The position numbers and the translations under genes are program-made. The notes beneath the pieces were generated by a model. That model worked only from the letters and a program-made list of their open reading frames with translations. It had not been told where the DNA came from and ran no database searches. Of a DNA stretch of 64,000 nucleotides, positions 15,356 through 27,770 are shown one piece after another; position 1 is the first letter of the stretch, and each line of letters starts with the position of its first letter. The stretch is from Octopus sinensis. Taxonomy: Eukaryota. The stretch is taken from NCBI RefSeq assembly GCF_006345805.1, contig NC_042998.1, forward strand, positions 52,638,001-52,702,000, in the 5' to 3' direction.

Positions 15356-16430
15356 GGGCGGTGAGCTGGCAGAAATGTTAGCACACCGAGCGAAATGCTT
15401 AGCAGTATTTCATCTGCCATTACGTTCTGAGTTCAAATTCCACCGAGGTCGACTTTGTCTTTCATCCTTTCGGGGTCGATAAATTAAATGCCAGTTACGC
15501 ACTGGGGTTGATATAATCGGCGTAATCCGTTTGTCTGTCCTTGTTTGTATCCACTGTGTTTAGCCCCTTCTGGGTAGTAAAGAAATAGGTATTTCATCTG
15601 TCGTTACGTTCTGAGTTCAAATTCCACCGAGGTCGACTTTGCCTTTCATCCTTTTGGTACCAGTTACGCACTGGGGTCAATGTAATCGACTTAATCCCTT
15701 TTTCTGTCCTTGTTTGTCTCCTCTATGTTTAGCCCCTTGTGGGCAATAAAGAAATAAGAATCATTAGCACAGGTGAAATGCTTAGCGGTATTTCATCTGC
15801 CATTACATTCTGAGTTCAGATTCTGCTGAGGTTGACTTTGCCTTTCACCCTTTCAGGGTCAATTAAATAGTTTTTAATTAAATAGTTTTACATTGACCCG
15901 TACTGGGGTCGATGTAATCAACTTAATCCCTATGTCTGTCCTTTTTTGTCCCCTCTATGTGTAATAAAGAAATAAATATTTATCTAGTCTAAGGCATTGA
16001 GCTGGCAGAATCATTAGCACACTTGGCAAAATGTTTAGCAGCATTCTGTCTGTCTTTATGTTCTGAGTTCAAATTCCACTGAAATCAGCTTTGCCTTTCA
16101 TTTTTTCGGGGTCGATGAAATAAGTAACAGTTGATCACTAGGGATGATGTAATTGACTTATCCCTTCCTCTGAAATTGCTGGTCTTGTGCCAAAATTTGA
16201 AACTAATATATAAAACTGTTAAGGTGGTAAGCTGGCAGAATCATTAGCATGCTGGATAAATGCTTAGTGGCATTTCGTTTGTCTTTACATTCTGAGTTCA
16301 AATTCTATTGAGGTCGACTTTGTCCATCGTTTCAGGGTTGATAAAATAAGTATGAGATGATCACTAGGGTCAATGTAATAAACTTACCCCATTCCCCTAA
16401 ACTTGCCGGCCTGTGCCAAAATTTGAAACC
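15356..16430 (+). mobile_element. Array of five family A SINE units (Meta/MESC-like core, tentative)
   Basis: Repeated gagttcaaattc (B-box) and gactttgcctttcatcctttcggggtcgataaa core. The first three units are bracketed by a 17-bp direct repeat. Confidence 0.85.
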
Positions 16431-16448
16431 AATATTGTTCCAGTCTAT

Positions 16449-16855
16449 AGGCGTAGGAGTGGCTGTGTGGTAAGTAGTTTGCTAATGAACCACATGGTTC
16501 CGGGTTTAGTCCCACTGCGTGGCACCTTGGGCAAGTGTCTTCTACTATAGCCTCGGGCTGACCAAAGCCTTGTGAGTGGATTTGGTGAATGGAAACTAAA
16601 AGAAGCCCGTCGTAGATATGTATATGTGTGTGTGTGTGTGTGTTTGTGTGTCTATGTTTGTTTGTGCCCCAACATTGCTTGACAACCTATGTTGGTGTGT
16701 TTACGTCCCTGTAACTTAGCGGTTCAGCAAAAAACACTGATAGAATAAGTACTAGGCTTACAAAGAATAAGTCCTGAGGTGGATTTGCTTGACTAAAGGC
16801 GGTGCTCCAGCATGGCCACAATCAAATGACTGAAATAGGTAAAAGAGTAAAAGAG
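16449..16855 (+). mobile_element. Family B SINE, full length
   Basis: Runs from aggcgtaggagtggctgtgtggtaag to an aaaagagtaaaagag tail. Confidence 0.88.
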
Positions 16856-17189
16856 TCTAAAATAAAACTAGTGTAAATATGAAAAATAAAAAAAAAATCT
16901 AAAGTGGACTATATCAAAAGCACAAATGGTGTCAGTGTCACTGTCAAGTGTCATAGCCATGAAGAGCCGTTGGCATGTCACATTTGCAAGAATTTAGACT
17001 AATAGTCTGCGTGCTGCTACTCTGCAGGAGTTGCAGTTCATTTTCATCTAAGCAGATTGGAGCAGTTGTGAACTGAAGTGACTTGTCCAAGGTCACAATA
17101 TTCTACCTGATCTGGATATCGAACTCATGACATCATCCTCATGAGCCAAACAGCCAAATCACTTGAAAATGTCATACCTTCATTAAAAC

Positions 17190-17445
17190 TAGGGTTGTGG
17201 AATCAGAGTCAGAAACAATTAAGAAATAGCTGGAGTTGGAGTCAGTATAGTTTTACCAAATCTGAATCACAATATCTTTATTCTTTAATATAGATTAATT
17301 ATAACATATAGGCCTACTCAAAGTACAAGCATATGCATATGCTTTATGAGATATGTAAACCACAGTCACTTAATTACATAAACAGGAGTCAGGGGTGCCA
17401 GGAGTAAAGGAGTCAGAGTTTTTTTGTTTCAACTCCACAGCCCTG
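17190..17445. mobile_element. hAT-type MITE
   Basis: TIRs tagggttgtgga / tccacagccctg; internal ggagtc repeats; flanking 8-bp near-duplication attaaaac (17182-17189) / aataaaac (17446-17453). Confidence 0.7.
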
Positions 17446-17701
17446 AATAAAACATAATACTAAATAACAAACAATAATTCAGAAGCACGATCTTATTTTT
17501 TTTTTTTTTTTGTTTCATTCACTGGACTGCTTGTGGCCATGCTCTGGCACCACTTTGGAGGACTTAGCTGGACACATTGACCTCAGGACTTACTTTTTAA
17601 AGTCTTTTACTTGTTCTATCAGTCTCTGTAGAACTGCCTGCTAATAGTGATGGGAAACAAACACAAGCACAAAGACACCCCTTTCTCTCGCTCCCCCTCT
17701 G

Positions 17702-18082
<381 letters not shown>

Positions 18083-19427
18083 AGTTACAGGAATGTAAAC
18101 ACACCAACACCAGTTGTCAGGCACTAGACAGGGGACAAACACAGACACACAGATAAAAACAGACACACACAAACACACACACATATACATATACACACAA
18201 TGGGCTTCTTTCAGTTTCTCTCTCTAAATCCAATTACAAGGCTTAAGTCAGCTCATGTCTTGTCTATAGTGGAAGACACTTACCCAAGGTGCCATGCAGT
18301 GGGACTGAACCTGGAAACATGTGGTTGGGAAGCAAGCTTTTTACCACACATCCATGCCTGTGCTTTTGTAAACTTTTCTAAGATATATGACAATGCTAAT
18401 TGCTAAAATTTAGGAGAACTGTGGTGGTTATTCTTATTTTCTTAAATTTTGAGTAAACACACATTTTGAGTATCCCACCCATTTAAACAAGTGTTTTCAA
18501 ATGACATCAGTCTCCGTAGTATGGGTGGGTCTCCTTAGGTGACAGGTAATTAATGCAACTTATCTAACTGATTAACTTATAAAAACAGAACATAGCTGCC
18601 AACATGGGAGCCTCTACATAGTCCCTTAACCTGCAAGAAATAGCAGTCAAATCTTCCTCAGATTACACACTTTATCACCTTAGAAAAGGAAGGTTGCACT
18701 GACTAATGTAGTACCAAATGGAGGTAAAAAATGAAATGGTCATGGTTATTATATATGCTTGACCAATCAGACTTGGTGCTACATAACAACCACAACACAA
18801 AAATAAAATAAAATAAAATGAAATTTCCTATCATTCAGGTTATGAGTAAAAGAATCTTTAACAGTGGACATTTATATATAATTTGCACTAAAACAGGAAT
18901 ACTGTTCTTGTAACACTTTCAGTATAAAAAAAAAAGTGAGGAAGCTGGACAAAAATTCTATTTGTAAGAACAGCTGTATGATGATTATAATAATTACTAG
19001 ATTACCTGAAGGTGGCAAGTGGCAGAATCATTAACATCCCAGGCAGAATGCTTTGAGGTATTTCGCCCATCTTTAAGTTCTGAGTTCAAATATTACCGAG
19101 GTTAATTTTTGCCTTTCATTCTTTCAAAGGTCTATAAAATAAGTTCCAATTGAGTACTGGAGTCGATGTAATCAAATATCCCCTCCCATCGAAATTGCTG
19201 GTCTTGTGTCAAAATGAGAAACCAATAATTTCTAGCTTACTCAGTTCCTTGACACTGAGGAAATGACAAAGGACTGGGAGTTGTGATGATTTACTGTACT
19301 TTGAGAGGATGTGTCAAGCTTAATAAAACCACTGTCATCCATACATACAGGCTTATACTTTATATGTGCTGGTGCCATATAAAATTCACTCACGCCAGTA
19401 GCATATGAAGAGCACCCGGTACCTTCT

Positions 19428-19653
19428 TATTTCTTTATTGCCCACAAGGGGCAAAACATAGAGGGGACAAACAAGGACAGACAAAGGGGTTAAGTCGATT
19501 ACATCGACCCCAGTGCATAACTGGTACTTAATTTATCTACCCCGAGAGGATGAAAGGCAAAGTTGACCTAGGCGGAATTTGAACTCAGAACGTAACTGCA
19601 GACGAAATACCACCAAGCATTTCGCCCTGCGTGCTAACGATTCTGCCAGCTCA
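19428..19653 (-). mobile_element. Family A SINE nested in an RTE 3' UTR remnant
   Basis: Flanked by cacccggtaccttct (19413-19427) and cacccagcaccttct (19654-19668). Confidence 0.85.
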
Positions 19654-19889
19654 CACCCAGCACCTTCTGTAAGGTGGCCGGCATTAGGAAGGGCATCCAG
19701 TTATAGAAATCATGCCACAACAGACAATTGGAAACTAAACAGTTCCCAGCTTCATGTTAAACTGTCCAACCCATGCTAGGATGGAAAATGCATGTTAAAT
19801 GATGATCATGATGGTGATGATGATGACTTACCAAATATCTTAGCAGCAAGTTTTTCCAATCTACAACAGTTAAACTTAATGTGTCTTAC

Positions 19890-20049
19890 CTTATATATCA
19901 ATGCATACTGTTGTTTTGTTTGCACAGCCCTTGGTCTTTCAAGTCTCATGGAGTAGACAAAATTAAGAACATCCACGGTTTGTGTTTTATCAAACATCTT
20001 CATGCCGGCATCAATAGCTATCAAAGTTCCCGTACGTCCAGTACCTGAA
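19890..20049 (-). CDS. PTP catalytic-domain exon (P-loop second half to Q-loop)
   Basis: Acceptor gtgttttccag|, donor |gtaagac; 160 nt, phase 2 to 0. Translates (S)SGTGRTGTLIAIDAGMKMFDKTQTVDVLNFVYSMRLERPRAVQTKQQYALIYK. Confidence 0.95.
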
Positions 20050-20853
20050 CTGGAAAACACAAAGCAAAACTAATATTCTTTTGAGCATTTTTTTTTGTTT
20101 GTTTTATAGATACAAATTTTAATTTTTAATGTTTTCATGCAAATGAGTATGAGATAGAATTGCATTTTTGTTGGAGTCATTATTTAATACTTTACAGGTA
20201 AGGCAAACTAGAGCAAGCAGAATTATGTTCTGTGTTCCCAACACAACAGCAAATAAAATTTGAACTCATAACCACGTAGTCCTTAGTGTAGCACATTAAA
20301 CTCACAGCTACTTTACCTCTTAGACAATATTATATAAGCTTATAAAAAGAAGAAAACTGAGATCATGGGTCCCTCGCAAGAATTGAATTGGCATAGTTTG
20401 ATTCAAATTTTTCCCCAAGCCATAAATATTTTCCACATATATATAACTAATTTTATCTTTTACTTATTTCAGTCATTTGACTATGGGCATGCTGGGGTAC
20501 TGGCTTGAAAGATTTTAGTCAAACTAATCAATCCCAGGATTTATTTTTTAAAGCATAGTACTTATTCTCACGGTCTATTTTGCTGAACCTCTAGGTTATG
20601 GGGACATAAACACACCAAAACTATTTGCCAAGTGGTGGGGGGAGACAAACACAGACATAAAGACATATACACACATAGATATATATATACACACACATAG
20701 ATATACATACGTACATACATATGTATATATATATTATCCGAAGTGTACGGTATTATGTATCTGTCACGGCTGATCTTACCAAGCAGTTTCATGCCATGGG
20801 TATGATGGAGTGTTAGGTAACAATCTGATTATATATCCTATGCTTGTCAGAAG

Positions 20854-21172
20854 GTGGAGGCGCAATGGCCCAGTGGTTAGGGCAGCGGACTTGCGGTTGG
20901 AGGATCGCGGCTTCAATTCCCAGATCAGGCGTTGTGTGTGTTTAATGAGCGAAAACACCTAAAAGCTCCGAGAGGCTCCAGCAGGGGGTGGTGGCGACCC
21001 CTGTTGCACTCTTTCGCCCCAATTTTCTCTCACTCTCTCTTCCTGTTTCTTGAGTAATGCTGCAATGGACTGGCATTCTGTCCAGCTGGAGGGAACACAT
21101 ATGCCACAGAAACCAGGAAACCAGGCCCATGAGCCTGGCTAGGCTTGATAAGGGCAACATTTATCGTTATCG
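20854..21172 (+). mobile_element. tRNA-derived SINE with a perfect 15-bp TSD
   Basis: Head ggaggcgcaatggcccagtggttagggcagcggac..ttcaattcc; TSD tatgcttgtcagaag at 20839-20853 and 21173-21187. Confidence 0.88.
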
Positions 21173-22245
21173 TATGCTTGTCAGAAGTAGCCGATATTGG
21201 CTACTTCTAACAAGTGTAGGTTTATATAACCAGATTGTTCCCTAACATTCTGTTGTACCCCTAGCATGAAACCGGCTGGTAAGGTGAACAAGATAGCCTT
21301 TACTTTGTTGCTCTTCCTGCTAGAAGTGGAAACCAGATATCCCTTAACTTGTATCCTGTTGTTTTAAAATGGGAAGATACACTGGATAATGTCCCAAATA
21401 TACATGAACCAAAAAACAAACACAGGAACGTCATGGCTGGAAGGTCACTGACCACACGTCTGTTGGATCAGGGCTAAGCTAGGGTTAAACTCTAACAAGT
21501 CAAACTACATTTCTTTAATCCTAAACTTGTTTTGTACTGGACTTTGCTATGACATTCTCTACCATGTTCATGACGCCTCATTCTCTAGTGCATATCCATT
21601 ACAGACATAACAATTAAGATAACACTTTCCTGTAAGAAAATTGCTTTCTTATATGTATTGTAATTTGTCACCACGGTGTTTTTATTGAAACTGTCAGTTC
21701 ATCCTTCCATTTCCTTTCTCTGTGACTGACATTCTTATTGATAGTAGTGACACAACTATCTCTCTCTCTCTCTCTTGCTCTCCTTGATAGTTTAGTCTCT
21801 TTCTTTTTTCTTTTAAACATGTATTCATACCTAAGGAGTCATGATTTCTAGTTTATCTAATGCATTATCCTAAGTGGAAACTCTTCATTATCAAGACATG
21901 TTTGATCAACTGAATTCAATTTTATTACACAATACAAAGTACTTTTCACTTTCATTATTTATTTGAATCTTGGCTTACAAGATAATTTCTGTGTAAGCAA
22001 AACCAAGAAAATTCTCTTCACACCATCATCATATTTACCATTTATATTTAAGCAATAAGTTAACAGAATCCTTTCCTATATAACCTGTGATTCAATTCTT
22101 TTGTGTGAGGATGAATCTAACTTTAAACCAAACTTGGCAGAATACCAAACTACTCAAGAATTTCCAAGCATTTTGAAAAAGCAAAATAATGATAGTTTAT
22201 AAGTGTTCTGGCCCCCACCCCATGCTTGTTGAATCTATTTCTGGG

Positions 22246-22663
22246 TTAACCCTTTAGTACATAAATTGGCCATATCCAGCCCAAATATTCTACATGTTTT
22301 ACATTCAAATGGCCTCTCATACCTAACCTATACTAACATTCTAAATACAAACAATCACATCATCAAAACCTCCAAGCTACAAGATAAAGCATGATTAATT
22401 CAAAACAATTTGAATAAAAAAGCATTATATTTAACAGATTAATGTGAGAACTAAAGGGTTAAACTAGCCATATCTTGCTCAAATATTCTACCTGTTCAAA
22501 CTGGCTTGATTTGGCCTCTCACACCTATCCTACAATGTCATTCTAAAAATAGACAATCACATCATTGAAATCCCAAAGCTATGAGATAATGCATGATTAA
22601 TTCAACACAATGTGAATAAATAAATGTTACTTTCGACAATGTAATCTGGATGCTGAAGGGTTA
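22246..22663. mobile_element. Two tandem piggyBac-type MITEs
   Basis: ttaaccctttag..ctaaagggttaa termini with TTAA sites. Further copies at 33876-34103, 56811-57034, ~13164-13290 and ~50820-51005. Confidence 0.7.
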
Positions 22664-22972
22664 AATACAGTCTATTCTATAAATAATAAAACGACTCAAA
22701 ACAACTTTCAACAACTTCTGTGCTAGTTTCGAAAGTGATCTGGGAATCATTAATTTTCTCTAATTGATGAAATTCTCACCTTTCTTTTCTTTTATAATTA
22801 TACATTTATCATTGTGGAAAATACAGGAACTGGCTAGAATTTGAGCTGTTTATTGAAAACCAACATTTCTTTTGAAATTTTTGGCACCCATTCGATTTCT
22901 ACAGAAAACGATTTTTATTTATTTATTTTTTGTTCCTGATTCTGTTATTGAATATGACAAGTTGATGCTCAC

Positions 22973-23118
22973 CTGCAGTGTACAACTAGAGGGGCTAATT
23001 TGTTCTCGTTGTTAAGTCTGACATCAAGGATAAATTTTAAAAATGAGATAGGTTCTGGAAACCCTTGTGCTGGCCATGAGGTATACCAATAGTGTTTCAA
23101 TTTACGGACTAGATTGTT
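22973..23118 (-). CDS. PTP catalytic-domain exon (WPD-loop region to HCS)
   Basis: Acceptor ttttattttacag|, donor |gtgagc; 146 nt, phase 0 to 2. Translates NNLVRKLKHYWYTSWPAQGFPEPISFLKFILDVRLNNENKLAPLVVHC(S) and splices in frame to 20049, giving VHCSSGTGRTG. KHYWYTSWP resembles PTPRR/PTPN5/PTPN7-type PTPs. Confidence 0.95.
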
Positions 23119-24324
23119 CTGTAAAATAAAAAGAAAACAGAAAATATTTACAATGATGTTCCTTTTATGGTTTTACAAAGGTATTTCATGAACGTTAGCA
23201 GAAATAGAGAGTTTTAATACAAACTTGTACATTTGATAATGTCATTGGATATCCAATAATCTCTTACCTCGTAAATTCTATTTAAAATGTTTACATAACA
23301 ATTGTTATTATTGGTATATTTGAACAAGTGTCCTCATTTAGGTTGTTATAGTTACAATGTTTCAGAACTGAATTCTGTATTAAATCCACAGCAGTAGATT
23401 ATTCTTATTTCATTGATCATACCAGGGATTTGTAATACTGATTTCAAATTTTGGTACAAGGCCAGTAGTTTCAAGGGTGGTGGTAAGTCAATTACATTGA
23501 CCCCAGTGCTCAACTGATACTTATTTTATTGACTCTGAAAGGATGAAAGGCAAAGTCGACTTTGGCTGAATTTGAACTCAGAATGTGGAGATGGATGAAA
23601 TGACGCTAAGCAATTTGCCAGCTGCATTAGGAATTTGTAACACTACTTATTCTCCTATTTGCAGTGACATCTTCTTGAACCAGTGAATATATGAACTGAC
23701 TGACACAGGGATCAAATTGACATCCACCAGGTAAACTACAACATTTTATTAAGGCAGTGAGCTGACAATTCTTAACGCATTCGGCAGGATGCTTATCAGC
23801 TTTCAATTCGGCTCTTTGCCATCTGAGAATTTATTCATCACTCATATTCCTCATCCCATTGTCCTCCAGGATAATGAAGTAATGGAAATTGTGATGTTTA
23901 AACCTAACATTTCTATGATCATAGCCCTTAATTCTTTCTTTACCTGAAAATGAACAGAGGACACAACCAGAAAAACCAAAGGTCACAACCAAGATGAGGA
24001 CACTACTCTCAGTACAGCAATGTATAAAAAGGATAATATTCATCTCACAAATTCACACTAAAGCGAAATTGTATCCACTTCCTTGATAATTTCTAGGGAA
24101 AGTTGTCATCGGGAAAGGAAAGTCATCAGCATTGTTTTAACAATCCATGTTTCTTGCTTGCATGGGTCGGACAGAATCTATTGAGACAGTTGGATGCTCT
24201 TCCTGTCCCTAACCCTTACCTTTTTTCAAGAGAGCTAATATGACATTTTTCCATGGAATATTAGAAATAATGAGTCATTTACAACTATCATGCAATGTCA
24301 AGACAAGAAAACACAAAATAAACA

Positions 24325-24406
<82 letters not shown>

Positions 24407-26316
24407 TTTGACAAAATAAATAGGAATGGCTTTTCTTAACATTTTTTTCCATTTCAATAATTGAATGTATATAAATCTTTAAGTGTTTACTATGGGCTTC
24501 TTTTAGTTTCCTTTTACTCATAAGCCTTTGGTTAGTCTGGGACAATTGAAAAAGACACTTGCATAAGGTGCCACACGGTGGGTCTGAACCTGGAACCATG
24601 TGGTTGGGAAGCAAGCTTCTTAATGCACATAGCTGCATTCACACCTCAAAGCCATAGTGTTGTTTTCTTTTTTTTCTGTCATTAGACTGTGGCCATACTG
24701 GGGCACTGCCTTGGAGAATTTTTAGTGGAATGAATTAACCCCAGTGCTTATATTTTTTTAAAACCTGATATTTACTCTATCGGTGTCTTTTGCTGAACTG
24801 CTAAGTTAAAGGGACATAAACATATCAACACCAGTTGCCAAGTGGTGGTGGGCAAACACAAACAAAAATACACACTGGCATATATCTATCTACACACACA
24901 CACCACACACACACACATTACGATGAGCTTCTTTCAGTTTCTGTCTACCAATCCACTCATGAGGCTTTGGTCAGCCTGAAGCTGAGTAGAGGACACCACT
25001 TGCTCAGGGTGCCATGCAGTGAGACTGAACCCAGAACCATGTGGATGGAAAGCAAGCTTTTTACCACACAGTCATGTCTGCACCTGTTAAAAGAAATTCA
25101 GAAGGAACCAGAAATCTGTTTTTGCTTTGCTTAGAACTTAGTTGAACGTGTTCTGATTGTAGCAGGTGGAAACGTTTCCATTGGTTCAAAAAGATAATTT
25201 TGAACATAGCTTCATTTAAACTAATGGAGACTTTTGTTACAGAGGTTTATTGCACACATTCTATTTTGTACACATTGTTTCAATACATGTTCTTTATACA
25301 AACAATGCAATTCAAAGATACCTCAAAGTCACTCGATTCAAACAGACATGCCTCATTGCTACTAAAATTGGAATGATGGCCCTTTTGAACATGTTTAAAG
25401 CTTAATTAAACTGAAGTTTTGCTGTCTTACCAAACAGCAAGTAATTTATGTTGTGTTTGTATTGAATGACAATGCAGTGAATGCACTCTGCTTCAAGTTG
25501 ACTGATTACACATTCATTAGCTGACAGGTGTTAGCTTATCTTAATGCATTGCAAAGGTAGCAAAGAATGCATAGTGAGAGTATTAGCTGATGATATTCTT
25601 CCTTTACTTCTTTTATGTTTCCTTTTATTTGTTAGTCATTGGTTTGTGGCCATGCTGGGGCACCACCTTGATGGCACTTATTCTATCAGTCTCTTTTACC
25701 GAACCAATAAGTTACAGGGATGTAAATAAACCAACACTGGTTGTCAAGCAGTGATGAGGGACAAACAGAAATATCACACACACTAGCTCAACAAGCTAGG
25801 TTCCTGTGACAACCCTATGAAACTTTAAACTAGATGGAGGCAAATCAAACTGTCTTAGATAATACATGTAATTTGTACTACGTGTGTTGAGTAGCCTTCA
25901 TTTGTCCATTCCTCCCTGTGTTTGTGAAATCTTGTATCCCTGCCATAAGGCTTCATTTCCACACATGCCAGCTTAATTTAATTCGTTCTTAGTTGAAAGA
26001 CACCTGCTGTTATGTCCTGTTATTATATTTATTGTATTTGTGTAACATTGTCCATTTTTTTTCCATCCTTGTTTTTGTATACATTCACTGCTTTCTTCCA
26101 AGGAATCTAATGCTCTAAGCTTAGTTTTTTCCTTGGAGCTAGTATAATCAGCCGAGATTGTGATGATAATCTGGTACTTGACTGAGGAAAGAAGACTTCA
26201 AATGACCTGTCCTTGTTTTCTTTGGATCGTCTATCTGGATGTTTTGTTGTCCCATTCTTTTATCACCTAACTGTCCAGATTTTTTGCATTCTTGTCTCAT
26301 TTTATATTTTATATAC

Positions 26317-26348
<32 letters not shown>

Positions 26349-26399
26349 ATGTGTGTGTGTGTACATACTGCCAAGCAAAGTGAAATGTAACTGGCACAT

Positions 26400-27066
26400 A
26401 AAAAGCACCCTTCAAATATTTGGCGATATGCTGTGCTTGAGAAGACCTGCCAAGCCAAGTAAAATCGTAGTTGTGGCTGATACCAGGACCATCAGACTAC
26501 CATGTAAAAAGCACTCACTACACTCTTGGAGTGTTTGGCATTAGGAAGGGCACCTAGCCGTAGAAACCATGCCAAATCAGATTGGAACCTTGTGAAGCTC
26601 TCCAGCTTACCAGTTTTCAGTCAAACCATCCAACCCATGCCAGCATGGAAAACTAAGTATGATGATGATGATGATGGTGTGTGTGTGTGTGTATAACTGT
26701 GGAGGGAACTTGTGGAGAGGCAAACCCAGAAAAACGTAGTATGTGGTGAAATATGATCTTTGGATGTTGATGACAATTGACCAAGACCTTTGGCAGTTTG
26801 CTGTGCTTAAGAAGGCACATCAAGCCCAGTGAAATCGTTGTTGTAACCAGTGCCAGTGGCATGTGAAAGGCGCCCATGCTGGTGATATATAAAAGACACC
26901 CAATACACTCAGTGGAGTGATTAGCATCAGGAAGGGCATCCAGCCATTGAAACCAATCAAAACAGACTGGAGCCTGGTGCAACTCTCTGGCTTATCTGCA
27001 CCAGTCAAACCATTTAACATATATCAACATGGAAGACACACTAACTGATGATGATGATGATGATGA
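26400..27066 (+). mobile_element. Two degraded RTE-type LINE 3' ends
   Basis: actgtggagggaacttgtggagaggcaaacccagaaaaacg reads TVEGTCG..KPRKT with a frameshift; UTR motifs and (GAT)n tails present. Confidence 0.75.
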
Positions 27067-27383
27067 TTATATATATATATATATAAAATTTTTTTCTTTT
27101 TTGTAATGAGATAAAGAAAACCAAGGCTGTGTAGATTTTAGAACATTTATAGATAGGTCTTACAGCTGTTTCCAGGATATTTATTATATCCATTCGTCGG
27201 AGACAGTTTTTAATCTCATTACAAAAAAAAAGATATTTTATATACACATGCTGACATATGACCAACGTTGAACCCCTTATTCACATAATCACTGAATCTG
27301 GAATTTAACTATGGTCTATCTATAGCACTTATTCAGCATTACCTGACATATTTGGGTCTCAATGACACCATTACCTCTCATAA

Positions 27384-27415
<32 letters not shown>

Positions 27416-27735
27416 CACACACACACACATATATATATATATATGAGGGTACATGGTTCAGTGGTTAGGGTGTTGCACTCACAATCTGGTCATCATCATT
27501 TCAATTCCGGGAGCTAAATTTTCTTCTTAAGCAAAACCCTTCATCCCATGTTGCTCTGTAATCACTTCAACACCTGATGCATGGCATTCTGTGCACCTGT
27601 TTTGGCAGCATCAATTTGATGGAGTGAGTGTGATAATGTGCAGCATAAACATTTGATCACTATAAACAAATTATTTGTGCAGGTCGATTGGCAAAAGCTG
27701 AACACTCACACACCGTCTTCAACAGGGGGAGTCTG

Positions 27736-27770
<35 letters not shown>

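Noticed and set aside
19241-19320. Possible minus-strand exon with a gtaag donor just after the Q-loop exon
   Set aside because: The sequence resembles degraded RTE end/UTR, and the translation does not fit the PTP terminal helix.
20854-20925. tRNA gene
   Set aside because: The tRNA-like head continues into a SINE body and is flanked by a TSD; the same applies to the other A/B-box heads.
26190-26210. Hammerhead ribozyme-like core (ctgagga..cttcaaa) near this position, and at ~35785
   Set aside because: A complete CUGANGA plus GAAA core with closing stems could not be assembled; an Infernal search would be needed.
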